A stretch of 38,956 bases of DNA, taken from NCBI GenBank assembly GCA_023356515.1, contig JAKQYG010000001.1, positions 1 through 38,956 on the forward strand, in the 5' to 3' direction. Numbering within the stretch: the first letter of the stretch is position 1; the number at the start of each line of letters is the position of its first letter. Below, one piece after another: positions 38,201 to 38,956 of this stretch. The translations under genes and the position numbers were made by a program. The notes below the pieces were generated by a model that saw only the letters and a program-made list of their open reading frames with translations, was not told the DNA's origin and did no database searches. The DNA is from Trichodesmium sp. MAG_R04. GTDB lineage: Bacteria; Cyanobacteriota; Cyanobacteriia; Cyanobacteriales; Microcoleaceae.

Positions 38201-38956
38201 ATTCTGATATTAGTTTTACTCCCTTTTTCCAAAAAGGTGAAGGTACTGCTATCTCAAAACGGTTGGCTATTTCTATACCTCAAGCAAAAAATGAAAAGGA
38301 AACTGTTGAAGTTTCAGACAAACAAGTTAAACTAATAGAATTATCTCCTTCTCCTACTCTACCAAAAGATGAAAAAGTTGCAGCACAGACTCTTGCAGTT
38401 CCACAGCTACAATATTCAGAATTTCTAACACAAATTATGGCTGATTTGGAAAAATCACAAACAGAGATTCAAGAAATTCAAGCTGATTTGGAAAAGTTTA
38501 AATCTAGCAAGAAAAATACTCCTACTAAAAATATATTTCCTGTCGAGCCAGAGAAAAATTTATCGGAGTTGGAAGAACAAACTTCTACGAAAAAAAAAAT
38601 TATAACTGACCAGATAGAAGTAGATACTAATTTGTCGGAGTTGGCAGAAAAAACTCCGACCGAAAAAAAAAATCTGACTAAACCAGTAGCAGAAACTACT
38701 AATTTATCAGAGTCAGAAGCAGAAATTTCAACAGCAAAAAAAGCTCCTACTAAACCAGTAGAAAAGGTTACTATTTTGTCTGAGTTAGGAGAAAAAACTT
38801 CTACAGAAAAAGAACAGAAGTTATTAGGTTTATCGGGAGTAACAGTTGAAAAGTTCTGGGAAATTATTAATCCAGTCATTTCCACAGAAGGAAAAAGAGG
38901 TGTTTCTCAACCTGCTATTAGTATTCTTACTCCTACTTGGAATTCTTCTTTAGATT
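35284..38956 (+). CDS. Very large mosaic enzyme: GW - sulfotransferase - GW - GW - methyltransferase-like - GW - coiled coil - repeat linker - start of GT2; runs off the right edge
   Basis: Not in ORF track. Manual translation from ATG 35284 is stop-free for 1224 codons: MEKIEMVDKQ; ISVHVPKAAGTAF, WLREPIHRLIS; PFPPELLVKRVHG, VLDFNCSCGR, SVFSHI; final PAISILTPTWNS. Confidence 0.9.
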   Translation, partial: MEKIEMVDKQPQQLATTTGFLDQLAIENETVCLSGWVLSFESEPVTNFKVLFGSKQLTGFALTQGLPSPGVKKAHPNVSAANNARFIIRLPMNKLQQQEFKDALIILIPLVKNRAGEPLLNGVIPALSSLVKTSETNNLPTTTPQVELISVHVPKAAGTAFRQVLLQVYGTQGVLTDKTNMFEDNMPATIHWQTKVIEGHFRAGKYDKLFPNAYRITWLREPIHRLISDYCFRHISNPTKEHLNKESLLKFAQGNSNLMAYCVNSKSLDYFDFIGITEHFAEDLLELKNILGWSDYEVIYQNRNPYPEYVEFQNKILSDKKIMDELAVANSQDMELYAAALKLRSEGRRKMEQGRSVIDLPEQNIVDSEEYPVTEKTKLLSTLGSLDKAEFDQQQLVLTGWVVAPNFGAAKGFKLTVANTRIEKFETALNLPSLDVKKFHPNLNNSGQSRFRIKVPLNPAQISQFQNSQIDLTPIFKDGEGGVLSKVLGNPKKITFPEAPIILEKPKLIAPIKTITTLGYFDNVTISNQNLVISGWVGSYNFGSVKGFKISIAGQEITKFKHSLGLASPDIKKAFPKLAGAETARFQVTIPVSESEILEFQDSVLSLTPLFKDAKGKAIVKVVNFVGKTNKTVDYKIVDSHIILPDKTSIPFPPELLVKRVHGESEINGFLQIGLGISQDLKLALDKIGKKFSDFDSVLDFNCSCGRVMIWNYLLNKSTLFHGTDVDAEAISWCQENLKFAKFSVNQALPPTEYEDNKFDFVYLISVFSHINEEMQLQWLQELRRITKPEGIVMITTRGPNIPREAYDLTTKLEKEGLLFFTSPDKNKVFPDWYQTTYQTEDYIRNKWVSEFEIIDFISGGIRASQDIVILKNNQKSQEQLEPTLLPTTGYLEYIALTDKKELSIKGWVAAVDSGILENMKVVIAEREIQNFQLKKAIPSPDVKKNNSHLDAETSRFELSIPLSSEQLEQYRNSDISFTPFFQKGEGTAISKRLAISIPQAKNEKETVEVSDKQVKLIELSPSPTLPKDEKVAAQTLAVPQLQYSEFLTQIMADLEKSQTEIQEIQADLEKFKSSKKNTPTKNIFPVEPEKNLSELEEQTSTKKKIITDQIEVDTNLSELAEKTPTEKKNLTKPVAETTNLSESEAEISTAKKAPTKPVEKVTILSELGEKTSTEKEQKLLGLSGVTVEKFWEIINPVISTEGKRGVSQPAISILTPTWNSSLD
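38557..38820 (+). repeat. Four degenerate 72-nt (24-aa) intragenic tandem repeats
   Basis: Units start at 38557, 38629, 38701 and 38773: NLSELEEQTST / NLSELAEKTPT / NLSESEAEIST / ILSELGEKTST. Confidence 0.8.

Overview
AT-rich DNA with many HIP1 (GCGATCGC) sites, consistent with a filamentous Oscillatoriales-type cyanobacterium (Trichodesmium/Okeania-like; inferred from repeats and gene style only). Left end: a gene absent from the ORF track (2063 to <1, minus strand) encoding a CHAT/caspase-like protease fused to a VMAP-C-like domain, then an Ig-like gene fragment, gnd bracketed by a perfect 22-bp inverted repeat, and IS4/IS5 debris. From ~6 kb to the right edge lies a >32-kb glycan synthesis/modification locus of large multidomain enzymes. 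These reuse a small set of modules: GT92/GT2/GT61/CgeB-type glycosyltransferases, two STELLO(DUF288)-like proteins, sulfotransferases, SAM methyltransferases, TPRs, a recurrent ~105-aa 'GW...SPDVKKAHP...ARF' beta-rich domain and short coiled-coil tags. One protein carries an N-terminal phage-fibre-like domain. A second gene missed by the track (35284 to >38956, >1220 aa) is the largest mosaic. No rRNA, tRNA or CRISPR array was recognised. All domain calls are by-eye motif recognition, not database hits.
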